From Botryllus schlosseri (lineage: Eukaryota): 64,000 bases of DNA. The position numbers and the translations under genes were made by a program. The notes under the pieces are model-generated. The model did not search any database and was not told where the DNA came from. It saw nothing but the letters and a program-made list of their open reading frames with translations. The stretch covers positions 8,804,001 to 8,868,000 of the forward strand of contig CM119381.1 in NCBI GenBank assembly GCA_051294905.1, in the 5' to 3' direction. Below are positions 13,666 to 25,500 of the stretch, piece by piece (the first letter of the stretch is position 1; every line of letters begins with the position of its first letter).

Positions 13666-14354
13666 CAGAGGTGAGCATGGATTAGGATTTGAAAAAACAT
13701 GATTTGTGAAATTTTGTCGGATTTGGATTGGATTAGGATTAGAGATTTTTTTCTGAACGGATTAGGATTTGGATTGGATTTAACGATTTTCTGGGAGTTT
13801 GATATGCGGTGTGGCGAATGGCGACAAACTCAATTCAGATCAGTTGGATTAGGATTGGACATGGACTTGAATATACCAAAGTTTTGGATTGGGATTTGGA
13901 TTACAGTCCATCCTCAAGATTACCGGACCACGACTGACCTATCGATCTCGCTTCCCATGACATGCCGCCCTATTTCTTGTCGCATTCTTTTTCTATACTA
14001 TCTTCTTTACTTTCATTCAGTGTGCATGCCTCCTCTTTACATCGCCTAGGCCAAAGTGGGTGTCAGATTCCATAGACTACTCCTTGTCGCTTCGACATCT
14101 TCCTGTCTTTTCATTGTATCGCATTTTTGTGGTGTATTGAACTGATAAAATTGCTAATAAACCAATGATGAAGATTCCATAGACTACTCCTTGTCGCTTC
14201 GACATCTTCCTGTCCTTTCATTGTATCGCATTTTTGTGGTGTATTGAACTGATAAAATTGCTAATAAACCAATGATGATGATGATGGATTACGATTTGCA
14301 GCTTCGGATTTGGATTGGATTAGGACATAGAAATTCCAAATCCGCTCATCTCTG
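13666..14354. mobile_element. hAT-like MITE (GGATTAGGATT family) carrying a LINE 3' insertion
   Basis: TIR CAGAGGTGAGC...GCTCATCTCTG with a perfect 8-bp TSD atttagat (13658-13665 / 14355-14362). Confidence 0.85.
13905..14284 (+). mobile_element. LINE 3' UTR fragment with (ATG)n tail and an internal 107-bp duplication
   Basis: Near-identical to the 3' UTR at about 19400-19686. Flanked by tggattac direct repeats (13897-13904 / 14285-14292). The terminal 107 bp is present twice (starting at 14065 and 14172). Confidence 0.85.
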
Positions 14355-14418
14355 ATTTAGATATCATGAGGAAAACGTCCAAGTACAAGTTTATTCATAA
14401 AAACGTAATGGAATAAGT

Positions 14419-14717
14419 TAGGGCTACCATACGTCCACAAGGATTTGTCCCCCTTTTTGACTTTTTTGAAATGTCCTCGGAGGACGCCCAAATGTCCTCT
14501 TTTTTGAGATTTTGTCCTCTTTTTTGAGAATTTTGGTTAAATTTATATCAAAATCGACTTACATACAGTAAATTAATTAGCACTGAAGTAACGTTCCGCC
14601 GGGTATTTCGGGAGCTGGGCCGGAAAGTTAACCTTTTCAGGATTTTCCTCCGGTTTTGCTAGTCTGAAATTTTGAAAATGTGTCCTCTATTCAGATTTGC
14701 AAAATATGGTAACCCTA
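14419..14717. mobile_element. hAT-like MITE (TAGGGTTACCAT family)
   Basis: TIR TAGGGCTACCAT...ATGGTAACCCTA; TSD gaataagt/gaataaat. Confidence 0.8.
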
Positions 14718-14859
14718 GAATAAATCCTTCGTCGTATGCTATTATATCCGTAGATCTCGTTGTGAGCGGATAGCAGAGGTGGTTAGTAACAAAATAATTC
14801 TACTTTTACTTCCAGTAGATTCTGCCTGCTTACACTACTTCCTCAGGTGGCTATGGTTT

Positions 14860-15110
14860 AGAGCTGACCTATCGATCTTGCCTTCCGTGACATGCCACCC
14901 CATTTTTGTCGCTTGCTTTTCTATACTATCTTCTTTTACTTTTCATTCAGTGTGCATATGCTTCCTCTTTACATCGCCTAGGCCAAGGTGGGTGTATGAT
15001 TCCAAAGACTACTCCAAGTCGTTTCGACACCTTCCTATCTTTTCATTGTATCGCGATTTTTGTAGTGTAGGCCCTATATATTGAACTGATAAAAATTGCT
15101 AATAAACCGA
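14860..15110 (+). mobile_element. Diverged LINE 3' UTR fragment
   Basis: Homologous to 13905-14170 (gacctatcgatc...aaaattgctaataaacc). Boundaries are approximate. Confidence 0.7.
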
Positions 15111-15300
15111 ACCGAAGAGCCCAACCGATTAATTATCGGTTCGCTCATAATATCACGTCGATATCACACTTTGATGGAATTATCGGCATCGGCCATTGGA
15201 GTTAAAAAATATCGGCAATTTTCGTGACGTCACAACATGGTGGTAGGAAGTCAGAAAACAATAATCCTTGGCCGCTAGATTGAGAATATTGCAGTCTTTC

Positions 15301-17461
15301 CATCAATCAATCAATCAGGTTTATTATTATTCTCATCGTTTCAAAACATCACAATACCGCGATACAATGAAAAGATAGAAAGGGGTCGAAACAACTTGGA
15401 GTAGCCATTAAGATCAGACACACACCTTAGCCTGGGCGAAGTAAATATGAGGCATGCACATGCACACTGAATGGAAAGTAATGCCAGAGGTGGTCAGTAA
15501 CGAAGTACTTCTACTTTTTCGAAGTACTCAAGTAGTTTTCCTCTACTTCTGGTACTTACTCAAGTAGATCTGATTTTCGCTGCTTCTACTTCTCCTTCGT
15601 AATATTTTGTGATCTACTTACTTACTTTTCGCTATTTTCAGTTTGTCAAGTAGAAGTAGTTCAATCTTCCAATCAGGAAGATAGCCTGAGGAATTTCTGT
15701 TTCCGCGGAGTATGAACATTTAATTTGCATAAAAGTTTAGTAAAGCCCTGAATTTTCGTCGCGCTTCGTGCGCAGTGCTGGATACGGAGTGACCAGTATG
15801 ATGTCACGAAAGTATCGGTGAATATAATTTAGGTAGAGGGTTGGCGTGGTTCCGTTCACACCACATTGTCGCCCTTCGTCCATATCAAATAATTCATCAC
15901 AGTATACAACGTTTGAAACTGATGTTTCGCAATCTAGCATTTACTAGTCATATCGTAATCTAGCATGACCATGGCGTGTCCAAATCTGGAAAAGTGGACT
16001 GTGACTTTTTTTTTAGTTTTAGAGCTGTTTTAGCATACCACCTTTGAAACTTACCGGACTAAAAACATGAAATACATGTTCTGCTTTTAGAAGTAGTATT
16101 TATATTTCACTTTCAATTCCCAGTATCATATACTTTGAGTTTAATTATTATCAGTTCTTTTGTCTGGAGAACATACATGTGGAAGTATAAAAGCAAGTGT
16201 AGTAATGCCTTTAATTTCTGGAAATAAAGCTACACAATATGGCATTTTTACGGTCCACCATAATTTTTATAACGTTTACTAATCGCGCAAAGTGTTTACA
16301 CCGTATCCTATACAACTTTGCCTCCGTATTGTTCTTCAACTAAACTGCGAGCCTTATAATATGGGGAATGACGCCATATCATGCTATTTTCTAAAACGCG
16401 CTGTTCGAGAAAACAGAGGATTAGCATCGCATTTCCATATCAATGCTATCATTTTCATCCCATGATGTGGACGAATACTTATGCTAGCGAATATTGGATA
16501 CCTGCTGGTATGCATCAATATGAATCAAGCTCCTCACCTATCGCATAGCTCAATTTGCACCTTTTTACAGTCCATGTGAACGAATTAGGATCGTTTTCAT
16601 AACTACTTACTTACTTGAGTACTTTTAAAGTCAGTCAATTCTACTTATACTTCAAGTAGTTTTAGGTTGCTTATGGAAGAAGTACTTCTACTCGTGCTTG
16701 AGTAGATTTTTTCGTCGCTACTTCTACTTCTACTTGAGTAGATTTCTTGACTACTTTGACCACCTCTGAGTAATGCAGAGAATATAAGACGCAAGCGACA
16801 AAATGAGGTGGCATGTGGCGGAGGGCGAGGTCGATGTTAGGTCGTGGTCTGGTAATCCTGAAGACTGGCTAGTATTGATTTAGAAGAAATTGCTTGTATT
16901 TCGACTCGAATGCGGACATGCTCGACGACTGTCGGATGGCTGGCGAGATGCTGTTCCACAATTGGAGTCCGGCATACTTGATAGGGCAATGCGTTTTCTT
17001 GTATTCAGTCCTGATCATCTGGTAGTTGTTCTTCGTTGACGCGCGTGTGCTGTACTTGTGCGCTTTTGTCTCCGAGGTGAATACAAGTAGTCATTGAAAT
17101 TTGAGGGACATTGACCGCAATGGAACTGATACATAAACTTGGCAATTCCTAGCTTCCTCATATCTTCTAAGTTTTGAACACCAAATCTTTTGAGAAGCGA
17201 TTTATCAGTTGCACATCCAGGCCCCCGTGGGGCTTTGGCAATGATACGGATGATCCGATGTTAAAGTTTTTGCAGTGGGTCAATTGTATTCTTGCAGGCA
17301 GCACCCCAACAAAGAATTCCGTATTGTAACTTTGATAGGAATAGAGTGTTGAAGAGTATCAAGAGCACGCTGACTTGCAGAGTGTAGGTAAGGCGGCGAA
17401 ATAGACCACATACCTTCGATAGTTGTGGTTTCAGTGATTGTATGTGACTCTTCCAGGACAT
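15301..17461 (-). mobile_element. 5'-truncated LINE (L2/Crack/Daphne-like ORF2 C-terminus plus 3' UTR), interrupted by a hAT MITE
   Basis: The minus ORF 17261-17461 (MSWKSHIQSLKPQLSKVCGLFRRL...LQYGILCWG) is typical post-RT LINE ORF2 sequence. Its 3' UTR is homologous to 19400-19686 and is split at 15485-16768. Confidence 0.8.
15485..16768. mobile_element. Non-autonomous hAT-like element (AGTAG/CTACT-repeat family), 1284 bp
   Basis: TIR CAGAGGTGGTCA...TGACCACCTCTG with a perfect 8-bp TSD agtaatgc. Fragments of the family occur at about 4030-4100, 5552-5720, 6700-6840, 14774-14840, 43225-43460 and 59620-59830. Confidence 0.9.
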
Positions 17462-18150
17462 ATAGCTTACACTTTCATGATGTCTTGTTGCAGCCTTTCT
17501 AGTTTATTTCATGTTCGAGTATGACAATGGCTGCATAATAAGCTGTTGAAATAAATGCTCTGACGTTTTGTAAATGCGCCTTTTGAGGTAGATTCCACCC
17601 TACTTGAATATCTGCGGAATATATCGATGAAGGTGTTAGATAACCCGGTAGACACATAGAATGAATGAAACTGGCAACAATGGGCCGCGGAATAGAGACA
17701 AAACGTTGAAGCAAGAGCTGCGACATCAGGCATATGCGGATGCCAGTTTAAGAGAACGCAACTACAACAACTGGTCGTTCAGCATCCTCCTATATCTGTT
17801 CATTACATCGCATTGTGTCTTATCGCATTTTACATTGTGTGTGTCTTGTTCAGATAAGAATAAAATCTGACGGTTTTATTGGTTTTGGCCCAAAAATCCA
17901 ATATCAGTCGGGCTCTAATTTAGACTACTTTGTCTTTCAGTTTTCGAGGTAAAGCTTATAGCTTGGAAGACTTATTACTTTTACTTGGTATAACCCTATA
18001 TTGTCCAGAATGGAACCGGGGCCTTGACTGTCAATTGCAGTGGTGTACGCCAACACTATATATATGGCATGCAGTGGTATTTCCACAGGCGATGACTGAA
18101 AAAGGGTCATCATCCATGCACTTGGGCCATGGTATTGAGATTTGACGGGA

Positions 18151-18290
18151 GGTATAGCGTAGTGGTGACTGGTGAGCGTTGGCGCCATCCAAGCAGGCGA
18201 CCCGGGTTTGGTTCTGTCCATTACATCGCATTGGGTGTCTTTAATATATCGCATTGTACAGTGTGTGTCTGTCTTGGGCGGATGGAAATA
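18151..18290 (+). mobile_element. Degenerate tRNA-Gly(TCC)-like SINE head or tRNA pseudogene with a short tail
   Basis: TGGTGAGCGTTGGCGCCATCCAAGCAGGCGACCCGGGTTTGGTTC resembles the tRNA-Gly(TCC) core (…TGGTGAGC…TCCAAGCAG…GACCCGGGTTCGATTC). The following cattacatcgcatt… tail recurs at about 17800-17870. Confidence 0.45.
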
Positions 18291-18429
18291 TGTTCTGACG
18301 ATTGATTTATGACTTTTTTTCTAGTCGCCACCATCAGAATCTGGGAATGAACAGACGAGGCATGACGTAATCTTGATCTTGTTTCTTGCTTCAGTCATCA
18401 GCTTCCAACGTCTTGCACTCAGGGTCAGA

Positions 18430-18533
18430 AGCGGATACCAGTTTCGGATCTTTGATCTGACGCGGACGGGGATCGATCCCGCGACCTACCGATCCAGAAG
18501 GCGGACGCGTCACCATTACGCTACATCGCTCGG
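18430..18533 (-). mobile_element. tRNA-derived SINE head (same family as 1-257)
   Basis: On the minus strand: A-box-like TAGCGTAATGG and B-box-like GGATCGATCCC. Shares gcggataccagttt with the copy near 160. Confidence 0.6.
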
Positions 18534-18823
18534 TTAGTAGTGCATTCTAAAGCAGTCCAAAACTACTTGAATTAAGAAGCAGAATTTGCTGTCTTTGAAA
18601 ACTACTCAAGTAGCTTTGAAAAACAAGTCCTAACTCATGAATTCACCTCGTCACCACGAGCCGCCTTGCATACTGACTACTACTTACATTCAAGCACGAG
18701 AGAGCGCGCTCAGGAATGTACCCAAAATTTAGATCTAGATAACCAATCTACCTCGGTATATATATAATTTGAATCCAATCTACCGCAGTACATATGTAAT
18801 TTGAATCAAACCAAGGACTGAAC

Positions 18824-19686
18824 ATGTCCTGGAAGAGACATATTCAGTCCCTAGAAGCTAAATTAGCACCGAAGTGCGGCCTGTTCTACGGCCTTAGGCG
18901 CTTCATGCCAGCATGGGTTCTTCTGATACTCTTTAAATCCTTAATCCAATCGAAGTTACACTTATGGCATCCTCTGCTGGGGGGCTGCCAGTAAAACTGC
19001 ACTCAAGCCACTGCAAAAACTACAACATAAAGTACTCCGAATCATAGCTAGGGCCCAAAAGGGGCTTGGCTGCCCATCCAACAAGTCGCTGCTGAAGATA
19101 TTTGGCGTCCTAAACATAGAAGATATGCGGAAACTAGAAAATCACCAAGTTTATGTATCAGTTCCACTGCGGTCGTTGCCCCGAATATTTCAATGACTTC
19201 TTTACCTCGGAATCAAAAGCGCACAAGTACAACACACGCGCGTCCACGTCGTCCAAATACCATATGATCGACAGAAAAGATCATCGCTCCATCAAATATG
19301 CCGGACCTGATGTGTGGAACAATATCCCGCCGACCATCCGACAGTCGACGAGCATGTCCACATTCAAGTCGAAATACAAGTAATACTACTAAATAAATAC
19401 AGTCCATATCCTCAAGATTACCGGACCACGACTGACCTATCGATCTCGCTTCCCATGACATGCCGCCCTATTTCTTGTCGCTTTCTTATTCTATACTATA
19501 TTCTTTACTTTCATTCAGTGTGCAATGTGCATGCCTCCTCTTTACATCGCCTAGGCCAAGGTGGGTGACAGATTCCATAGACTACTCCTTTATTGTTGCT
19601 TCGACATCTTCCTGTCTTTTCATTGTATCGCATTTTTGTGGTGTATTGAACTGATAAAATTGCTAATAAACCAATGATGATGATGA
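18824..19686 (+). mobile_element. 5'-truncated LINE (L2/Crack/Daphne-like ORF2 C-terminus plus 3' UTR and (ATG)n tail)
   Basis: A frameshifted ORF starts MSWKRHIQSLEAKL and ends ...HKYNTRAS...SIKYAGPDVWNNIPPTIRQ (ORF 19153-19383). The tail is aataaaccaatgatgatgatga. Confidence 0.85.
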
Positions 19687-19773
19687 GATCTGAATACGAC
19701 GGACATTATCGGCTTACAGCTACCAGCGCCAGGGCGACACGGAAAAACGATATCAGAATCAATGACCACCTAC

Positions 19774-21004
19774 CAGTGTTGGGATGACTCGAGTCAGACT
19801 CGAGTCACCTTTTTCCTATGACTTGACTTGACTCGAGTCACTTCGCTAAAATGACTTGACTTGACTCGGTGCATCAGAAATGTGGATTGACTCGTGACTC
19901 GGAGCAAAATTCACGAGTCAATTTCAAGTCATCAAGTAATCGGTGTCGATAAAAATCAATGTTTCTTCCATATGTTCGGATTGTTCGCGAAACGCTGGTG
20001 TAACCCGTGAGAGCGACCAATCTTTTAATGATCGTGTGTTCACTGAGCCTCCATTGTTCTCACGTAAATAAATGACCACAAACGTAGCGATTGAAGCTTA
20101 CAGCTTACGTTGCCGTGAACTGGTAGTGTAGTAATTTAATAGCATAATATTCATTTCTGTTTTCTGTTCTTATACCTTAGCCAAACCTCTTGTTTTATTG
20201 AAATTGAATTCGAATATAGTTTATATAGTCCTCAACCATTGGCGCAGGCTCGAATTTTATCATATCAATATGTAAATATAGGTAATGTATTGCATCTTGC
20301 CAATTTGTTTCTCTATTTTGGCTGATAACTATAAACTGATGCTATGCAATTACTTACGTTATTATCGAGACGACCGATTTCGAATCGTTGGGCGGGGCCG
20401 TTCACAATTCCATTTGTGTGCCTTGGAGCCGACTTTTATCAAAATACACCAACCAAAACTCTGTCAACAAAATGAGTTCGTGTACCACCTAAAAATAATA
20501 CATTGAACGCTCTTTCTTTCATGCTGGTGACGTCATATTTTGTGATTCGATTGTTGATTGACAATGTTCTTTCCAATTCTCTACTAGTTGCTGACGAGTG
20601 TCAGCAGAAATTATTCGGGTTCATTTCAATATGAATATACTATTCAATTGTATATTGGAGTTCTGTACCTCCAAGAAGCTCTTCAATTACTTACGTTTAG
20701 TTTAACAGAAGTTCTTCGTATATGTGATCGATACAGCGCCTTCTTGCGGGTATATTTAACTCTATATTCGTTCATCGGTTCAATATCAATGACCACATCA
20801 ATCTGTATTTCAGACAGCTAGCATGACATAACCATGCCTCATACTTCGAAAAGGCAACTTGACTTGAATTGTGACTTGACTCGAGTCACCTCCAAAAATC
20901 GAGTGACTTGACTTGAGTCACTTTCGAAAATCGATCGACTTGACTTGACTCAAGCCAAAATATGCAATGACTCGAAATGACTTAGTGACTTGATCCCAAC
21001 ACTG
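19774..21004. mobile_element. Non-autonomous hAT-like element (GACTCGAGTC/GACTTGAC family), 1231 bp
   Basis: TIR CAGTGTTGGGAT...ATCCCAACACTG with a perfect 8-bp TSD ccacctac. Confidence 0.9.
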
Positions 21005-21544
21005 CCACCTACCCAATAACAGTAAAAGACGATTAAGCTCCTACCCGCCAGCTAAAACAATAACGTACAGAATTTTCATGTTTGGAACATGTTTGATGAG
21101 AAATCAATAGCTTCAAATAATACAAACGTAATTGCACTGCCATAGAAAACATTCGAGTACAGACACTTGAAACAAGAAAATCAGAATTCATGACAGGTTA
21201 AGGACTGGCAAAAATGAAAAAGGTAACGGGTAATCTCAAAATTTGCAAACGCATTGGACGGCGGAACGTGGAAATCGATGACAGCAACAGAATGAATATG
21301 ATAAGCCTTGCTAGAGTTGACTGCCGAAACGATCCAGTTACTTGCACATTCGACTGATGGAAGACAGGATGCTGTGAAAAGAATAATGCATGTCCGCTTG
21401 TCCAGATGAATACTGTGCAGTGTGCATATATCGTCACAAATTTTCAAAGAAAACTGCATACGCTGAAGGCTGAATTATGCAAGATATAATTTACTATTGG
21501 TCCAACATACAACAACACTGCTTATAACAACTACGGCTAGAATG

Positions 21545-21931
21545 CAGGGTTGTAATGACTCGAGTCACGATTTTTTGGTGACTCTACTCGACTCGAGTCA
21601 TTTTTTCAAATGCGTAAAATGACTCGACTTGAAGAATAGTAAAGTCACCACGCTATTGGTATTTCGTCAATCACTTCTGATACTAGAAAAATAGAGCCAG
21701 AAACCGCGAGAACCGAGGAAAATTTACGATATTATGAATGCGAGCAATTTTATATCACTCGAGCAGAATCGAAAAAAGTGGGTTGAACCGGATAGTACAA
21801 AAAAACTGTGAACAGTGAACACAATGACTGGACTCTGTGGTGAATTGAAAATGACTCGACAGGACTCGAGTCAAAACTGTAAAGTGAGATTGACTTGTGA
21901 CTCGGAACCCTGTGGCTTGCTTACAACCCTA
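21545..21931. mobile_element. hAT-like MITE, inverted copy of 1522-2062
   Basis: CAGGGTTGTAATGACTCGAGTC...TTACAACCCT, with internal homology to 1522-2062 in reverse. The TSD is not preserved. Confidence 0.75.
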
Positions 21932-22575
21932 TTTCATACTATGACATCATAATGAATGATATTCCAACACTCGACACGAAACCAAACACTTTATTCAGTC
22001 TGAACTGACTCCGGTACTCGATATTGCCCAACCCTGATAACAACCAGCCTCATGTGAGAGTTTGAATCACGATTAAGGACGATGGTATGAGAATTTTCGG
22101 GACTACGCAATTAGTTAACGGTGCTGTCATTACCGGATTACAGTGGACGCAATACTCATTTATCGCTGCCAATCACAGCCACTACATTATTACGAATTCC
22201 TTGTGAGAATTCGACGCGCATCACATATTGGTTGTCATGACAGGATTGCAGTGGACGTAATACTTCTTATTTATTTCAGCTGGTCCCTAGCAAATAATGA
22301 CAAATTCCTTCCAAGAATTCAAGCACGCATCACGCCAAAACTCGATATCTTCAGTCATAAAACAAACAAAAACAGTACAAGCTGGAATTTCGATCGTAAA
22401 GTGTGATATGTCAATGCGGACTCCTGATAGTGTTGAAAGAAGAGTATTATTCTGGCAAACTAACAACATTTCGCATTCTGCCATGCTAGGTATTTAGTGG
22501 ACGGAATGTGCCTCATATGTAGGGTCATGAAATATCCACTCCAGGCATGTTCGGTAATATCATAAGAAAACTTAC

Positions 22576-25500
22576 TCATCAGTAGAAACACCAGCGTCGC
22601 ACAGATTTGCCAGGATGTACAGCTTGCGGTAGGCAAACTCCAACTGGTCCAAATCATAGCAGACTCTGTCAAACCACTCGACAACAGTTTTGTAACAGGA
22701 CATGTCGTTCAACTTTGGAGTGGCGTGCATTGCCATGGCTGCGATCGCGTTTTCGCCTTTGGACGCGATGTCGGCGATGCCCCCGAAAAAGTTGGACAGC
22801 TGGTCTCTCATCTAGAAAGGACGCGCACACAATTATTGGCGAGCAGTAGCAGTTCAGGCTGATATGAGGCGAGAGGATGCAAAAAGTCTGGTGAAGAACG
22901 TACTTGGAATTTGATGGAATAAAATTGAATTACTCTTCTAAAACTTTGACATATTTCATTAATCTTTGGCTTAACAATTGCAACCAGATTTTACATAACT
23001 ACGAACCCAGCGAGTTTCAATCAACCAAGGCTGTGGAGTCTGAGTCCTAGAGTTGAAGGTAAAGTTTACCGACTCCACAGCCCTGGTTTCAACAGATATC
23101 TTAAAATCAGCTCAACGCCAGTGACAATTTTATCATCAAGTTCACAAACACAAAATATGTCGAGCGCCTCGCGGTCAGACTACCAAGTGACAGTAGTCGT
23201 CAACTTTAGATCATTTTGCGGCTAGATTAAGTAGGGATTTCAAGCCTATCCTGTGTATACATATCTCAAGAGTCTGCAAGCTGCTACGAACACATGATTT
23301 TTACTCATGATCAGCCATTACCGATATCAACACTAGACAGCACTCCTAAAAATCAGGTTGTCTCAACATCACCTTATATTCCTCGTTCAATTGTCTTCTG
23401 AGTTCATTCTGTTCTTCGACGGAAGTGGCACGTTTAATCCTATTGTACAGAACATGGATTTTCACGTCCGGGGAAGGCACATCGTCATGCTGAAATCAAG
23501 TTACCGGTAAATATTCCCCCGTGCATTTTGAACAGCTCAAGCACACAGAGGAGAAAACCTCAATTTTTAAGATCAAAACATGAATACCGACTACGGTAAA
23601 TGCGCAAGAATCGTATTCCTAAATTTCCTTGGAAAATTCAAATTGAGCAAGCCAACAATACGTCACACTTGAGATGACGTGCTCTCATTGGAAAAGATAG
23701 TTATATACTTCCCGCACAGTTAAATTATGGCTTCAAGTGAAATTTGGGTTCACAAAGCTAATAGCAAGAGCAGCACAATTTCTTCAACACGAACGACCAT
23801 TAAAAATCTGCAACCAACTAATTTCACATCAGTACAAGCCTGAAATAAGAGGGGTATGGACCCGAAAACCCACCCATCCTGCGCCCTGGTTGCAAGATAA
23901 TCACAACAGAACACCGGTATCACGTCAAACGACGACACTAATTTTTTTTACAATACGCAACTAGAACTACTCCATTTTCAAAATCCGTTAAATAGAACAA
24001 GAACTACTCAAAAAAACAGTCATTAGTTGACCGTCAACCAAGTAGTTTGGAAAATTTGCAGAAGACTGTCGAGTCAGTCACACTTGGAATTCATTCACTG
24101 TGAGTTCATGAAAAACAACAACCAATATATTTTATTGGCCGAGTCAGAACCGGAACATCAAGATAATTGCAAAAAGCATCTCAATTCATGGTCATATTTA
24201 ACAATAAACGGTACACAGAGTTCGTAACGAGTGCGGAGATCAATAAACGACATATTTGATGAATCATGACCTTCCCTCTTGCGCACTCGCAGATAAAATC
24301 TAAATTTTTTTTCACAAACCAAACCCGCCTCAAGTACAGAGAATGAGTATAGGGTCAGTCGGCTATAACTCATGCATCTGCAAAAATTCCGCAAGTCAAA
24401 TCAGATCAAGCAAATGATAACTATCATATCGATTATATCATTGTGGAATCGGTTCATCTTACGATATTTCTCAGCGACCTCGGAGTACGCGACACTTTTG
24501 CGCTACCCTGGAAGAAACCGACTGGTTCTTTCGCCATGTTCTAAAAAGATAATATTCGAATCGGTCTGCTGTTCGCGATACTGGTGCCTACTTCTGAAAA
24601 TAAATAACGTACCATATCTCCAAACTGCATCACTTGACTCTGGTTCGTGGCGGCTTTCGTGATTTCGTATTGTTTATGAAGAGACTCGGAGCCCAGGTTT
24701 TCCTGTAAATATACGGTGATCTTACAGTAAAGATGAGAGTTATATACTTTTAATAATTCAAGACCTTATCAGAGTCCTCCATCCACGCGACTGAATACCT
24801 GTCTCCCAAGTACGCATTTCTTTTTTCGTCAAAGTAGCAAGCGTACGAAGATTGGGACCTGTTAGCGGCCGTGGTGGCGTACACATTAATATCGCTGGGA
24901 AGGCTGCCATAGAACATGGATCCACTTTCGCAGGCCTCGATGTACATAACCATCTGTAACACGGCCAACAATCATTACAAGCAACACTCGACGAAGCCTG
25001 AACACCTTTATATTTACCTGTTGGTACCTCTTGTTTGTATGCATGTATTTTATGGCATCGGCCAGATCGTCTTTGTACAGCTGTAAACAAATGTACAACG
25101 AAGGATTAGTGATTGAACATTATTTTTATTTCTGGATAGTACTTCAAGCCTGAGGAACTAAACGTATGACTTTTCATCATGAAATTAACCTGCATTATTG
25201 AGTACCGCTACAGGAAAAAAACATGAAAACGTGACCATTTGAAGGAATATGTATTAGGTAACTAAACCAACTCTTTAAATTAACTGCTATGTTGTTTTAG
25301 GTTTAAGTGTTCACACTAGTTTGTTGGTGAACAAAATAGTTGAAAGCCTCGACAAAATATGTGAATATTCAACAACAATTTGACTGCGATAGTTTTAAAT
25401 AATTGCAAATGGACCGATAGAAACAAATAGGCATCGCAGACTAGCATGGATTTAAACTAGAGCAGCTAATGATTTGTTGAGGCTAGTTCATTTAAACCTA

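Noticed and set aside
13699-14049. 116-aa ORF, and similar ORFs at 1508-1759, 7338-7857, 14779-15084 and 19314-19654
   Set aside because: They lie within MITEs or LINE 3' UTRs and are products of repetitive sequence.
18430-18533. Functional tRNA gene
   Set aside because: A/B boxes are present but I could not form an acceptor stem, and the sequence continues into a body shared with the 1-257 copy. It is a SINE head.
24158-24394. Possible extra legumain exon
   Set aside because: No phase-compatible acceptor gives legumain-like sequence. Exon 24463-24540 joins 23373-23489 in frame.
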